A stretch of DNA of 64,000 bases from Candidatus Zambryskibacteria bacterium RIFOXYD1_FULL_40_13 (lineage in GTDB: Bacteria > Patescibacteriota > Minisyncoccia > Phycocordibacterales > DATDWN01). The notes below the pieces were generated by a model. The model was given only the letters and a program-made list of their open reading frames with translations, was not told where the DNA came from and did no database searches. Below are positions 8,159-18,608 of this stretch, piece after piece. Position 1 is the first letter of the stretch, and each line of letters opens with the position of its first letter. Where the stretch lies: contig MHWY01000002.1 in the NCBI GenBank assembly GCA_001824295.1, positions 73,354-137,353 of the forward strand, written 5' to 3'. The translations under genes and the position numbers were made by a program.

Positions 8159-9238
8159 ATGTCAAAAGATTATTACCAAACATTAGGTGTTGATAAAAAG
8201 GCCTCAAAGGACGATATAAAGAAGGCCTTTAGGACTTTGGCGCACAAGTATCATCCGGATAAGAAGACTGGAGATGACGCCAAATTCAAGGAAATCAACG
8301 AGGCCTACTCCATATTGTCAGATGACAGTAAAAGAGCTCAGTACGACCAGTTTGGGAGCAATTTTGGCGCATCTGGAGGTGGCTATAGCCAGCAAGGAGA
8401 CTTCGGTGGCTTTGATTTCTCTCAGTTTACCCAGGGGGGCAACTCTGGTGGGTTTGAGTTTGATTTCAGTGACTTGTTTGGAAATGCCTTTGGTGGTGGA
8501 CGTCGTCAGCAAGCAAAACGAGGCCGGGACATATCTATTGATATTGAACTTTCATTTGAGGAGTCTGTGTTCGGTGTAGAAAGAACAGTTCTCTTAAACA
8601 AAGTATCAAAGTGTGACAGTTGTGCTGGTTCTGGTGCAGAAAATGGAACTGAGATGATTAAATGCTCCACCTGTAATGGCAATGGTCAAATAAGAGAGGT
8701 CAAGAGAACTTTTTTTGGTCAATTTGAAACAACGAATACATGTGAAGCCTGTCTTGGGAAAGGTAAGATTCCGAAGGCAAAGTGTTCGGCCTGTCATGGT
8801 CAAGGTATTCTCAAGAAAGAAAGCGAAATAAAAGTGAAAATTCCTCCAGGAATAGACAGCGGTGAGATGATGCGTCTAACAGGCGCTGGTGAGGCAGTTT
8901 CTGGTGGGCAAAACGGAGACCTGTATATTAAAATCTATGTAAAGAAACATTCTGTGTTTAGAAAAGATGGGCACAACCTCCTAATGGATTTGAACATCAA
9001 GCTTTCGGATGCACTTTTGGGTGGTGAAGAGTCAGTAAACACCCTAGATGGAGCAATAAAGGTCAAAATTCCAGAGGGAGTAACTCATGGAGAGACGCTT
9101 AGGATCAAGAATAAGGGAGTGCCTTATGAAAAAAACTATCGTGGAGATATTCTTATAAAACTTCACATCTCTTTACCGAGAAAACTATCAAAGGAAGCAA
9201 GGAAAACTATTGAAAATCTAAAGAAGGAAGGAATATAA
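8159..9238 (+). CDS. dnaJ: Chaperone DnaJ
   Basis: The product has a J-domain with HPD, a Gly/Phe-rich linker, four CxxCxGxG zinc-finger repeats and a DnaJ C-terminal domain. Confidence 0.97.
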   Translation: MSKDYYQTLGVDKKASKDDIKKAFRTLAHKYHPDKKTGDDAKFKEINEAYSILSDDSKRAQYDQFGSNFGASGGGYSQQGDFGGFDFSQFTQGGNSGGFEFDFSDLFGNAFGGGRRQQAKRGRDISIDIELSFEESVFGVERTVLLNKVSKCDSCAGSGAENGTEMIKCSTCNGNGQIREVKRTFFGQFETTNTCEACLGKGKIPKAKCSACHGQGILKKESEIKVKIPPGIDSGEMMRLTGAGEAVSGGQNGDLYIKIYVKKHSVFRKDGHNLLMDLNIKLSDALLGGEESVNTLDGAIKVKIPEGVTHGETLRIKNKGVPYEKNYRGDILIKLHISLPRKLSKEARKTIENLKKEGI

Positions 9239-9288
9239 AAACTAGTTTGGTTCTGTCATAAAATATATCCATTTGGTATAATATTTTT

Positions 9289-9771
9289 ATGTCACAACTA
9301 TTATCAAAGGTTACAAGTGCATTATCAAGCGATATTGTTTTTTTGGCATTTTTGTTTTTGGTATTCTTTATTTGTGTGATGTATTTTGGCAAAAACAAGA
9401 TGGCTACAATGCTCATCGTTTTTTATCCTGCAGTATTTGTATTTGGAAATATTCCGTTTCTAAGTAAATTAGTTTTTATGAGTGGGGAACGCGGAGTTTT
9501 ATTAAGTAAGTTTATTGTGTTTGTGGCGGTATTTGCTCTAATATATTTTGCAGTAAACAAGTATTTCATAACCTTCAACGAGCCGTCTGGTTTTCTTGGA
9601 AAAGCTGGTCTATCTCTGGGTTTACTCATAGCTTTTGTAGTTTTTTCTTATAAAGTTGTTAGTTTGGATTTCATTCATAACTTTTCTGGCTCAGTTGATA
9701 CCATCATAACGGGCGGGAATAGGGAATTTTGGTGGGGAATTGCTCCCCTAGCCATTTTGGCATTTTTCTAG
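9289..9771 (+). CDS. Hypothetical polytopic membrane protein
   Basis: The 160-aa product contains several hydrophobic helices. Confidence 0.55.
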   Translation: MSQLLSKVTSALSSDIVFLAFLFLVFFICVMYFGKNKMATMLIVFYPAVFVFGNIPFLSKLVFMSGERGVLLSKFIVFVAVFALIYFAVNKYFITFNEPSGFLGKAGLSLGLLIAFVVFSYKVVSLDFIHNFSGSVDTIITGGNREFWWGIAPLAILAFF

Positions 9772-9908
9772 TAAGCCCAACACCACAAGCTTGATTTTTC
9801 CCCAATTTAGGTTTTACTTTAAATCACAAATATATGGCTATAAATAGGTATTAGTTTACCCTTTTCATACCCTAATTTTTGTGTTGTTTCATTGACAGAG
9901 TGGTGCTT

Positions 9909-10101
9909 AGTGTGATATACTATACCTAACTCAGTAGATCTGAGTTTTTCCGTCAGTTCCAGCTATTTGTTAGCTTCGAGATGGAGGATAAGAGGTAGCT
10001 TACCCCTTAGCTTATCTTGGAGTGAATAAACCAGGTGGAGCAGACCACGATAGAATTAACATCTAATTTTAGACTTTATTTTAAATTTTACAGCAGCTGG
10101 T
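9909..10101 (+). promoter_or_regulatory. Sigma70-like promoter (TTGACA-18-TATACT) plus a ~160-nt structured leader upstream of the Rpf-like gene. Candidate riboswitch or attenuator.
   Basis: The promoter is ttgacagagtggtgcttagtgtgatatact. The leader starts with the hairpin ctcagtagatctgag followed by TTTTT, and then has GC-richer segments (gatggaggataagaggtagcttacccc, ccaggtggagcagaccacg). Confidence 0.3.
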
Positions 10102-10545
10102 TTGTTTATGATTGTTTCGTCTATTACAGGCGTTACAAGTCCGGTCACGGTCACTGAAGTTCCAAGAATGGAAACAAGTGCCGTAAAGGAGATATCTAGA
10201 AAAGAAATTGAAAATATAATGAGTACGGAAGAATATGTACGACAGTACTTTTCTGATATACCTATTATGATTCAAATCGCTAAATGTGAATCAACATTCA
10301 GACAGCTAGATAGAACTGGTGAAGTTCATAGAGGAAGGGTTAACAGTAAAGATGTAGGAGTTATGCAAATTAACGAATACTATCACTTAGACCAGTCCGT
10401 AGATAAGGAACATAATATTTACACCATAGAAGGTAACACCGCATATGCGAGAGACCTATATGAGAGAGAAGGTACAAAGCCTTGGGCCTCATCGAGGGCT
10501 TGCTGGGGTAAATATGAGAACAAGAACCTAGCAATAAATAAATAA
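10102..10545 (+). CDS. Transglycosylase-like (Rpf/SLT-like) domain protein
   Basis: The product contains IAKCESTFRQ...VGVMQINEYYH. This resembles the CES and G-x-MQ-I-N motifs of the resuscitation-promoting-factor / lytic transglycosylase fold. Confidence 0.55.
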   Translation: MFMIVSSITGVTSPVTVTEVPRMETSAVKEISRKEIENIMSTEEYVRQYFSDIPIMIQIAKCESTFRQLDRTGEVHRGRVNSKDVGVMQINEYYHLDQSVDKEHNIYTIEGNTAYARDLYEREGTKPWASSRACWGKYENKNLAINK

Positions 10546-10570
10546 CCAAAATCATCAAATGATACACATA

Positions 10571-10594
10571 GACCCCGAAAGGGGTTTTTGTGTT
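10571..10594 (+). terminator. Intrinsic terminator (ACCCCgaaaGGGGTttttgtgtt)
   Basis: A stem plus T-tract follows the Rpf-like gene. Confidence 0.6.
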
Positions 10595-10973
10595 GAAAAT
10601 TATTTTGCTAAATATATTTATACCCACAGTCTGACTAGGCGGGAATAGAAGTGATAGAAAAGTTTTATTAATTTATAGTTATATTTATGTGGGGGATAAT
10701 AATATAAGCGTGTCGCACAATATATCTTTTACATACTTACCACAGAGCAAAGCCTCCAAACAAAAGAAAAAATTATTTAGAGAAAAAACGAGGATGTATT
10801 CCCCATTGGACAGTAAAAGAATTTAACCTGGGTCATTATACGATGTCGTTTTTGTGTCAGAATCCCCTAATTTATGAAATACAGACAAAAAAGGACCAAG
10901 CCACCTTTTTCAATTTTTTCCTACTAGGGGACTCATGTTTTAAGTTTATATGGATTACTTGGTTCGCACTCCC

Positions 10974-12233
10974 CTATTTGGGGTCCACCTTTGATCCAGC
11001 AACGAATCCAGTGGTCCAACACAACTGCAAAGAAAATCCTCCGGACGGTCTTTCTATATGTAAAATATCACCAGTTAGATACAAATTCGGCACTAGTTTA
11101 GATTGCATTGTACGCATATCTACTTCGTCCAAACTAACACCGCCGTCAGCAATAACGGCATTATCAAAACCTTTAAGGCCTGTAATTCTAACTGGCAAGG
11201 CGTTCAAAAGTTTTGAAATTTCTTTGCGAATTTCTTTTGTCACACTATGAGTTTTTTGCTCCGGGTCAAGAGCTGGAAGTAGACTGAGTAGCACCTTACT
11301 CATGCCTTTTGGGGCAATCTCTGCAAAGACATTTTTTAAACTCTTATTTTTATTGTTATCAAAAATTTGAATCATATATTTCTCTAACTCACCAACGCTC
11401 CAATCTGGAAAACAGTTTATACTTGCCGTAACTAGGGCTTCGTGAAGCATGTCACCTACCCGCTTTGAGCTATTCAAAATGGTTGGGCCAGACAGTCCAT
11501 AATGTGTGCATAGTATCGGTCCAGATTTTGAAAAAACCTTTACTCCGTCCAGATAGAAGGTAATCTTGGCAAATTCAAAGGAGTGGCCAGATAAGCTCTT
11601 TATCCATTCATCCTCAACAACCACAGGTACTATAGATGGAGTTGGTGGATAGATTTTGTGCCCCAGATAGCTGAGCCATTTGAAACCATCTCCTGTTGAG
11701 CCTGTTTCACTGTGTGATAGACCACCAGTTGCTACCACAACGGCCCTTGCAACATAAGTTGTTTTCTGCGAGGTGACAGTAAACATTCCATTTGCATTCC
11801 TTTCTAATTTATTAACTGACACTCCTGTTTTAACTAGAACATTATTGTTCTTCATATATAAAACTAGTGCAGACAAAACATCCTCAGCTTTTTCTGTGTT
11901 AGGAAAAACTCTGTTCCTTGCTTGTGTGACTAGGGGAAGTCCAAGTGACTGAAAAAAACTATGTGTTTCTATAACACCAAATTCAGAAAAAGAAGAATAC
12001 AAAAGTTGTTTTGAACTACCATAGTTACTCAAAAGTTTATGGATATCAAATTCAGCGTTTGTTATGTTACAGCGACCACCGCCTGTTATTACAAGTTTCC
12101 TACCAAGAGATTTGTTTTTTTCAAGCAACAGCACAGATAGACCCCGTCCCCCTGCCCTACCAGCAGCAATCATTCCTGATGGGCCACCACCAATGACAAT
12201 GACATCAAATTCAGTATTAATTTGTTTTGCCAT
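10974..12233 (-). CDS. HI0933/BaiN-family FAD-dependent flavoprotein
   Basis: The product has the N-terminal dinucleotide-binding motif VIGGGPSG, and its length and organisation fit the family. Confidence 0.8.
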   Translation of the reverse strand: MAKQINTEFDVIVIGGGPSGMIAAGRAGGRGLSVLLLEKNKSLGRKLVITGGGRCNITNAEFDIHKLLSNYGSSKQLLYSSFSEFGVIETHSFFQSLGLPLVTQARNRVFPNTEKAEDVLSALVLYMKNNNVLVKTGVSVNKLERNANGMFTVTSQKTTYVARAVVVATGGLSHSETGSTGDGFKWLSYLGHKIYPPTPSIVPVVVEDEWIKSLSGHSFEFAKITFYLDGVKVFSKSGPILCTHYGLSGPTILNSSKRVGDMLHEALVTASINCFPDWSVGELEKYMIQIFDNNKNKSLKNVFAEIAPKGMSKVLLSLLPALDPEQKTHSVTKEIRKEISKLLNALPVRITGLKGFDNAVIADGGVSLDEVDMRTMQSKLVPNLYLTGDILHIERPSGGFSLQLCWTTGFVAGSKVDPK

Positions 12234-12244
12234 TAAGGAAATAA

Positions 12245-12442
12245 CTAATTGAGAAGACCTCTTATGAAATCATCAAGCCATGCGTACAAGGTTTTAAAGA
12301 ATGTGATTGTTGGTTGAATTATCTCTTGTGCTTTGGGTGATTTTACCCACTCAACTAAATCAAAATCTAGGAAATATTTTAGTGCAATTATTGCAATTAT
12401 TACTAATATTATTCGTCCTATAAAACCTTGGTTATTTTTCAT
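12245..12442 (-). CDS. Small hypothetical membrane protein, 65 aa
   Basis: The ORF is hydrophobic and tightly packed against neighbours on the same strand. Confidence 0.35.
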   Translation of the reverse strand: MKNNQGFIGRIILVIIAIIALKYFLDFDLVEWVKSPKAQEIIQPTITFFKTLYAWLDDFIRGLLN

Positions 12443-12486
12443 AATTTATTGTTTATGTTATATATCTTTTATATTGTACCACCACT

Positions 12487-13779
12487 TTATATTGCTGGAA
12501 AATAAGCCAGTGGATCGAGATATGCCTTGACATCAGCAAGTGGCATTGTTACTTGTTTACAGCCAATACTATTTACATATTTCTCTATACGTACTCCTTG
12601 CGTAGCATAAAGACTAATATGGAGGTGTGGCCCGGTAGAATACCCAGTATTTCCACTATATCCAACTAGGTCTCCAGTTTTCAATCGTTGCCCGACTGAA
12701 CTACTTATAACCGATAAATGTCCATAAATGGTGGATAGGCCGTTATCATGTTTTATCATTACCCATTTACCAAATGAGTAACATCCAGGGTACAAATCCG
12801 TGTTTCCCGTGCCAACCACAACTCCATCTAATACGCTTTTAACTTTAGTACCAACACTTGCTCTAAAGTCAACACCGTTGTGACTTCCTGAAACATAAAG
12901 TTTCTTTGCATCTACAGTTTTACCAAACTTTTGGGTTATATAGACATTGTCCAATGGCCAAGAAATCACACCATGCTTTTCAGCGGGGTACCAACTTGAA
13001 TTTATAGTCATATTAAGCTGGGATTCATATTCATACACCTCTCTTTCAAACTGGGCCTTCTGCTCTTCTCTCGTTTTAACTAATTCCTTAAATGTTTCTT
13101 CTTTATTTTTAGTTTGAGCTAGTAAGGTTTCCTTTTCCTTGGCAGTGTATATTACTGCCTGCTTTTTGCCATTCAAATCCTGTTTTAGGTTTAACAAACT
13201 TGTTTTCTGGCCAGTGAGACTATTTTGTTTTACTTGCATATCGTTCTTCAATACCGCCAATTCCTTTGAGCGTTTCCTAATAACATCTCTTGTTTCCTCT
13301 ATTGAATTGATTTCGTTCCAAATGTCACCCAAATTCTTTTTGGATAGCATAATTTCCACAATGCTTGTTTTTTCAAGCATTTGCGTATCCTGAATTGCAT
13401 CAATTATTACTTCCTTATTAACGTCAATACTATTCTGGGTTTTTTTGATTTCATCACCTAGTTGCTCTATTGTTAGAACTGTTTTGTTTATTTTATTCTC
13501 GGTAAGATTTATATCTGTTCCAATCTTTTTCTTTGTCAGGTCTAGGGTTTTTAGAGTATTTTTCAGGGTTACAGCCTGTTTTATTGAATTATCTACCTCA
13601 ATATTATACTGCCTTATTTCCTCCTCAAGCTGTTTAATTTGGCTAGTTCTTTCTTCAATTTTAGTCACTAAATCGGTGGTGGTATCCTCTGCAGAAACAT
13701 TTTGCACTAAGGCAAGACAAAAAATCACAACTATCAAAAAGGAAACTGTTTGGGTTATCTGTTTTTTTACCTGATTCAT
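12487..13779 (-). CDS. M23-family peptidoglycan endopeptidase with an N-terminal coiled coil (EnvC-like)
   Basis: The product has a signal peptide, long coiled coils, and a C-terminal M23 (LytM) domain (HNGVDF...GNTGYSTGPHLHI). Confidence 0.85.
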   Translation of the reverse strand: MNQVKKQITQTVSFLIVVIFCLALVQNVSAEDTTTDLVTKIEERTSQIKQLEEEIRQYNIEVDNSIKQAVTLKNTLKTLDLTKKKIGTDINLTENKINKTVLTIEQLGDEIKKTQNSIDVNKEVIIDAIQDTQMLEKTSIVEIMLSKKNLGDIWNEINSIEETRDVIRKRSKELAVLKNDMQVKQNSLTGQKTSLLNLKQDLNGKKQAVIYTAKEKETLLAQTKNKEETFKELVKTREEQKAQFEREVYEYESQLNMTINSSWYPAEKHGVISWPLDNVYITQKFGKTVDAKKLYVSGSHNGVDFRASVGTKVKSVLDGVVVGTGNTDLYPGCYSFGKWVMIKHDNGLSTIYGHLSVISSSVGQRLKTGDLVGYSGNTGYSTGPHLHISLYATQGVRIEKYVNSIGCKQVTMPLADVKAYLDPLAYFPAI

Positions 13780-13787
13780 TTTTTAAA

Positions 13788-15242
13788 TTACAATTTTTTT
13801 ATAGCTGTTTGTATGCGAGAAGCCGTCTCTTCTTTCCCAAGAATATAGATAAGGGTGAAGGGATCAGGGCTTTTGTCTTTACCCGACAGGGCAACCCTAA
13901 GTGGCCACAGAACTTCTCCCCTACCCTTTTCAGTAGCATAATCAAACAGTAGTGACTTTATTTTCTCCGTGCTAGTAAACAAATTATCGTCAGCTGACTC
14001 CAGCGTGCTTAGACAAAACTCAAGGTGCATCTTTGCAATTTTTTTATCACTACCCTTCCAACTCAGAAGCTCAGCATTATACTCTGGTGAGTGAAAATAA
14101 TACTCTAACTCCCCTGCCCCAACAAGAGCATCTATGTCTCCCCATTTTGATATATGGTCAAAAATTACGGGACACAGCTTCACTAGAAAACGTTCATCAG
14201 CAGAAATCGAATTACTTTTTAGTCTATTAATAATTTCAGTATTTCTCTCATTTTCAGACATCAGTTTCATATGTTCCTTGTTAAGCCAGTCAAGTTTTGT
14301 ACTGTTCAACTGTGCGCCAGATTTCTGTATTTTTGATATTTCAAAAACTTTTATTAATTCCTCAGTTGTAAATATTTCTTTGTCACCCCCAGGGTTCCAT
14401 CCCAGAAAAGCAAGGAAATTAATCATTGCCACTGGCAAATATCCTTCCTTCCTGTATTCCAAAATATCCTTAGCCCCATCTCTTTTCCCAAGTTTTTTCT
14501 TGCCTCCATCTGCCATAATATGTGGTAAGCACGCATATTCTGGTGGATTTACACCAAGAGCTCCATACACAGAAAGGTACTTTGGTGTTGAGGCAATATA
14601 TTCTTGACCCCTCATGACCAAAGTGACACCCATTTCAATATCATCAACTATGTGTGCAAAATTATATGTTGGATAACCATCACTTTTAATAAGAATAAAA
14701 TCATCAAGCATTTCAGGCCCAGCTGACAAATCCCCAAAAACCATATCGTGCCAGTGGTAGTCTTTCACGGTTGGAACCTTGAAACGCAAAGGCATTGTTC
14801 CATCCCAAGGAGGAGGATTCTGTGGTCTGAATTCACGAAAAAGAAAAGGTCTTTTTTCCTCTTCGGCTTTTTTTCTTAACTCTTCAATCTGCTCTTCACT
14901 TGTGTTATCGGTGTAAGCAAAACCACCATCAATTAATTTTTGTGCGTATTTTTTATACAAATCTAACCTTTCTGATTGTAAATACGTGGCACTCGGCCCG
15001 CCAATTCCAGGACCTTCATCCCAATTTAGCCCAAGCCATTTAAGTGACTCCTGTATGTGCTCGACAGAACCCGAAACCTCTCTTTCCTTATCAGTATCCT
15101 CAATACGCAGAATAAATGTACCGTTATTTTTCTTTGTCCACAGCCAGGCATACAAAGCTGCACGAACATTACCAACATGCATAAAACCTGTTGGGGATGG
15201 TGCAAATCTTGTTACTATTTTTTTGTCATTTATATTTTGCAT
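13788..15242 (-). CDS. gltX: Glutamate--tRNA ligase
   Basis: The product shows the class I HIGH motif (PSPTGFMHVGN) and a GluRS-like architecture. Confidence 0.93.
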   Translation of the reverse strand: MQNINDKKIVTRFAPSPTGFMHVGNVRAALYAWLWTKKNNGTFILRIEDTDKEREVSGSVEHIQESLKWLGLNWDEGPGIGGPSATYLQSERLDLYKKYAQKLIDGGFAYTDNTSEEQIEELRKKAEEEKRPFLFREFRPQNPPPWDGTMPLRFKVPTVKDYHWHDMVFGDLSAGPEMLDDFILIKSDGYPTYNFAHIVDDIEMGVTLVMRGQEYIASTPKYLSVYGALGVNPPEYACLPHIMADGGKKKLGKRDGAKDILEYRKEGYLPVAMINFLAFLGWNPGGDKEIFTTEELIKVFEISKIQKSGAQLNSTKLDWLNKEHMKLMSENERNTEIINRLKSNSISADERFLVKLCPVIFDHISKWGDIDALVGAGELEYYFHSPEYNAELLSWKGSDKKIAKMHLEFCLSTLESADDNLFTSTEKIKSLLFDYATEKGRGEVLWPLRVALSGKDKSPDPFTLIYILGKEETASRIQTAIKKL

Positions 15243-15284
15243 TTACTTTATGGACTTTATAAACTTTACAGACTTTCAACTATT

Positions 15285-16424
15285 CTATTTATCATGTTCC
15301 AGGGCAATGGCAACAATCTCTTTCGCTATTAACTTAGCTGAATCTTTTCTTGCAAAATCATTCGCAGATTTTATCATTTTTTCCTTTTCTCCTGGTGTTT
15401 CCAAAATTCTATCAATTTCAGATACAAGGAGACTATCGGCCAAATTCTTCTCTTCTATGACTATTGCTGCGCCGGATCTTGCATAGGAATACGCGTTAGT
15501 CCTCTGGTCGTGGGAGGTCGGTTCTGGGATTGGAATAATAATTGATGGTTTACCCCAAGAAGCAATTTCAAAAATTGTCGAGCCTGCCCTTGAAACGACA
15601 ATATCACAGAGACCAGCAGATGCGCGCAAGTTCAGCAGGTTTAGGTAATCAAAGGGTTTATATCTTTTTCTATCTGTGTTCCCGCGCAGAATGACATCTG
15701 CGACTTCTTGGATTGCCTTAAAGTTATTTTTTCCTGTTTGATGAATTACTTGATACTTACTTAAAAGTCTTGGCAGAGCATCCATGACTACCTCGTTTAT
15801 AAAAACCGCTCCTTGTGAACCGCCAATAATTAGAACAGTAGGAATATCCTCATCTAACCCGAGAATCTCGCCAGCACCAGTGGTTAATGGCTCACGAACT
15901 TCTTTCCTTAGTGGATTGCCTGTATAAGCCACTTTCTCCTTTTTGAAATAATTTATTGCCTCTGGGTAGGATATAGCGATTTTTCTAGCAAATTTACCGG
16001 CCCAGTTGTTAACCTTGCCAGGTGTGCTGTCAGATTCATGAATGACAACAGGTATTCTAAGTATTCTTGCAGCCAAAAGTGTGGGAAAGCTGGCATAACC
16101 ACCCTTACCGAAAACAACGTCTGGATATATTACATAAACTCTCCAGAGAGCATTTATAGAACCAAAAAAAATCTTAAACAAATCAATAAAATTCAAAAAT
16201 AAGTTTTTGATAGAAATTCTTCTTCTAATTTTTCCGGCACTGACAGGAACAAAGGTAATATTGTTTTCAAATAACAGCCCTTCGTTATATGGGTCAGTAG
16301 ACATATAATAAATTTCTGGCCTAAGGAGGTGATTTTCCTTTACCAGCTCATTTATTTCTTCTGCAATTGCAATAATGGGATAGAAGTGTCCGCCACTACC
16401 TCCACCAGTAAGTAATATTTTCAT
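15285..16424 (-). CDS. murG: UDP-GlcNAc:lipid I N-acetylglucosaminyltransferase
   Basis: The N-terminus is GGGSGGHFYP. The gene sits in the mraY-ftsW-murG neighbourhood. Confidence 0.92.
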   Translation of the reverse strand: MKILLTGGGSGGHFYPIIAIAEEINELVKENHLLRPEIYYMSTDPYNEGLLFENNITFVPVSAGKIRRRISIKNLFLNFIDLFKIFFGSINALWRVYVIYPDVVFGKGGYASFPTLLAARILRIPVVIHESDSTPGKVNNWAGKFARKIAISYPEAINYFKKEKVAYTGNPLRKEVREPLTTGAGEILGLDEDIPTVLIIGGSQGAVFINEVVMDALPRLLSKYQVIHQTGKNNFKAIQEVADVILRGNTDRKRYKPFDYLNLLNLRASAGLCDIVVSRAGSTIFEIASWGKPSIIIPIPEPTSHDQRTNAYSYARSGAAIVIEEKNLADSLLVSEIDRILETPGEKEKMIKSANDFARKDSAKLIAKEIVAIALEHDK

Positions 16425-16427
16425 TTT

Positions 16428-17552
16428 CTACTGTTTAATTAATTTTTGACCTTTGGAAACATTCAAGACAATGCCAACCGCAAATAGAGTCATAAACAGT
16501 GCGGTTCCCCCATGACTTACAAACGGCAAGGTTATTCCAGACAATGGTAAAACACCAACCATTGCCGCAATGTTAACAAATGCCTGGGATACTATCATTA
16601 TAACAATTCCAGAGACCATAAGTCTACCAAAGGTGTCTTGGGTATTTATGGATATTTTCAGCCCTCTAAAAGCAAAAAATATATACAAAAGTATTAAACC
16701 AGCGCCACCAAGAAAACCAAATTCTTCAGAGGCAACGGCAAAAATTGAGTCCCCTATAGGCTCTGGTAGGACATTAAATTTTTGGATGCTTTGCCCAAAA
16801 CCCCTACCCATTAAACCGCCAGAGCCAATAGCGATTAATGATTGCTGGATTTGATATCCACTTCCAAGGGCATTGTCTCCGGGATTGACAAAGGTATTAA
16901 TTCTACTCATCACATATGGTCTCATTAGGGCCAAGCTTCCCACAGCCATTACTGCCACTAGTCCAGATATAAACAAATATTTCCACCCGCCCCCACTTAT
17001 AAGAAAAATAGAAAACCCAGAGATTGCCATAATTACAAAAGTGTCAGTATCTGGTTGTTTCAGTAAAATTGCTCCAACTACGACAATCATTATTGCAAAT
17101 GGCAAGAACCCGTATTTGAAAGTCTTTGTTTTATCCTTAACCCTAGCCATCCAGGCAGAGAGAAAAATAATGAAGCCAATTTTTAGAAACTCTGATGGCT
17201 GAAATGAGATAAAACCAAGGTCTATCCACCGGCTTGCCCCACCGTGAGCTAAGCCAAGTCCAGGAACAAAAACAAGTAATGTGGCAACTATTGAAAACAA
17301 AAAGATAAACAGTGAATATTTTCTGTATATTTTGTAGTTTATTTTAGATGCAACAATGCAAGCAATGACACCCAGGAATAGCCCATAAAAGGTCTGATTG
17401 AAGGACACGTTGGCGTATTTGATTGGCTGTTTAGACAAAAGCCCAAAAGATGCAGAAGTAAAAATTATATAACCAGCTATAACCAGTACACAGATAGAAA
17501 TTAAAAAAGGTATGTCAACTTTAATTTTTCTCATTTGGTTATTAACTAACAA
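16428..17552 (-). CDS. ftsW: SEDS-family peptidoglycan polymerase FtsW/RodA
   Basis: The product is a polytopic SEDS-like membrane protein encoded between mraY and murG. Confidence 0.88.
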   Translation of the reverse strand: MLVNNQMRKIKVDIPFLISICVLVIAGYIIFTSASFGLLSKQPIKYANVSFNQTFYGLFLGVIACIVASKINYKIYRKYSLFIFLFSIVATLLVFVPGLGLAHGGASRWIDLGFISFQPSEFLKIGFIIFLSAWMARVKDKTKTFKYGFLPFAIMIVVVGAILLKQPDTDTFVIMAISGFSIFLISGGGWKYLFISGLVAVMAVGSLALMRPYVMSRINTFVNPGDNALGSGYQIQQSLIAIGSGGLMGRGFGQSIQKFNVLPEPIGDSIFAVASEEFGFLGGAGLILLYIFFAFRGLKISINTQDTFGRLMVSGIVIMIVSQAFVNIAAMVGVLPLSGITLPFVSHGGTALFMTLFAVGIVLNVSKGQKLIKQ

Positions 17553-18597
17553 GTGCCAATATTACCCCCATGATTGCAAAAACAACACTTATAATCCAAT
17601 ACCTCATAACAACTTTTTCTTTTGACCAGCCTATGGCCTCAAAGTGATGGTGCAGAGGAGCAACCCTAAATACTCTGTGTTTATTAAAGTGCTTATACGA
17701 AACCATTTGTATAATAACCGAAAGAGATGTAATCATTAAAGGAAAAGCAATTATAGGTAACAACAAAACCGTATCGGTTAAAAAGGCAATAACGGCTAGT
17801 GTAACAGTAAGTCCAAGCATCCCAGTTTCACTCATGTAGAACCTTGCTGGTGGAACGTTATACCAAAGAAAGGCAAGTGTACCCCCCGCTATGACCGCAC
17901 ACAGAGCTGAAATATCTATCTGATTCTGGACAAATGCGATTACTGAATATGCAGTAAAAATTGTAGCCATTACTCCACCAGAGAGACCATCTATTCCATC
18001 TATAACACTTGTTGAAAAGACACCAAGCATAATAATAATGAAAAAAGGAATATACATCATGCCCAAATCAATATCTATCCAGAATGGCATGTGAATAGTG
18101 GTTACTCCAAGCTTAAAATAAAACCAGTAGCTGATAGCTAGTCCGATTATCACTATGCTGGCAATTTTTACCCTTCTATAAACGATATTATCCTTTGCAT
18201 AACTCCCCCTCCCAATAATTTGAAGTATGTCGTCCACTAGTCCTATTAGTGACGCAAGAAGTAGAGACGCTAGTGGAATGAGTGTCTGGCTTCTGCTAAA
18301 AAAATTGAGTTTCTGTGTCAAGTCGTTAGGAACAATTATGTGTAGCAGATATATTAGTGCCACGGTGAGAAGTACTGAGACCCATATTATTACACCGCCC
18401 ACTCTTGGTGTAGATAATTCCCCTTTTGTATTATGAACCTTTGCAAAATCGGGTGTAGTGATATCACCAGCCTCCGTTCGTGGATTTTTCTTCCACATTT
18501 TATATTTGTAAAAATAATGTGTGAAAAAAGGAGTAATCAAAATACCCAAAAAAAATGTAAGAACGGAAGGGACAACTACTTTTATTACATCTATCAT
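17542..18597 (-). CDS. mraY: Phospho-N-acetylmuramoyl-pentapeptide transferase
   Basis: The product has the MraY membrane topology and motifs (DDxxD-like region, VIDGIDGL). Confidence 0.92.
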   Translation of the reverse strand: MIDVIKVVVPSVLTFFLGILITPFFTHYFYKYKMWKKNPRTEAGDITTPDFAKVHNTKGELSTPRVGGVIIWVSVLLTVALIYLLHIIVPNDLTQKLNFFSRSQTLIPLASLLLASLIGLVDDILQIIGRGSYAKDNIVYRRVKIASIVIIGLAISYWFYFKLGVTTIHMPFWIDIDLGMMYIPFFIIIMLGVFSTSVIDGIDGLSGGVMATIFTAYSVIAFVQNQIDISALCAVIAGGTLAFLWYNVPPARFYMSETGMLGLTVTLAVIAFLTDTVLLLPIIAFPLMITSLSVIIQMVSYKHFNKHRVFRVAPLHHHFEAIGWSKEKVVMRYWIISVVFAIMGVILALVS

Positions 18598-18608
18598 ACT
18601 TAAATAAA

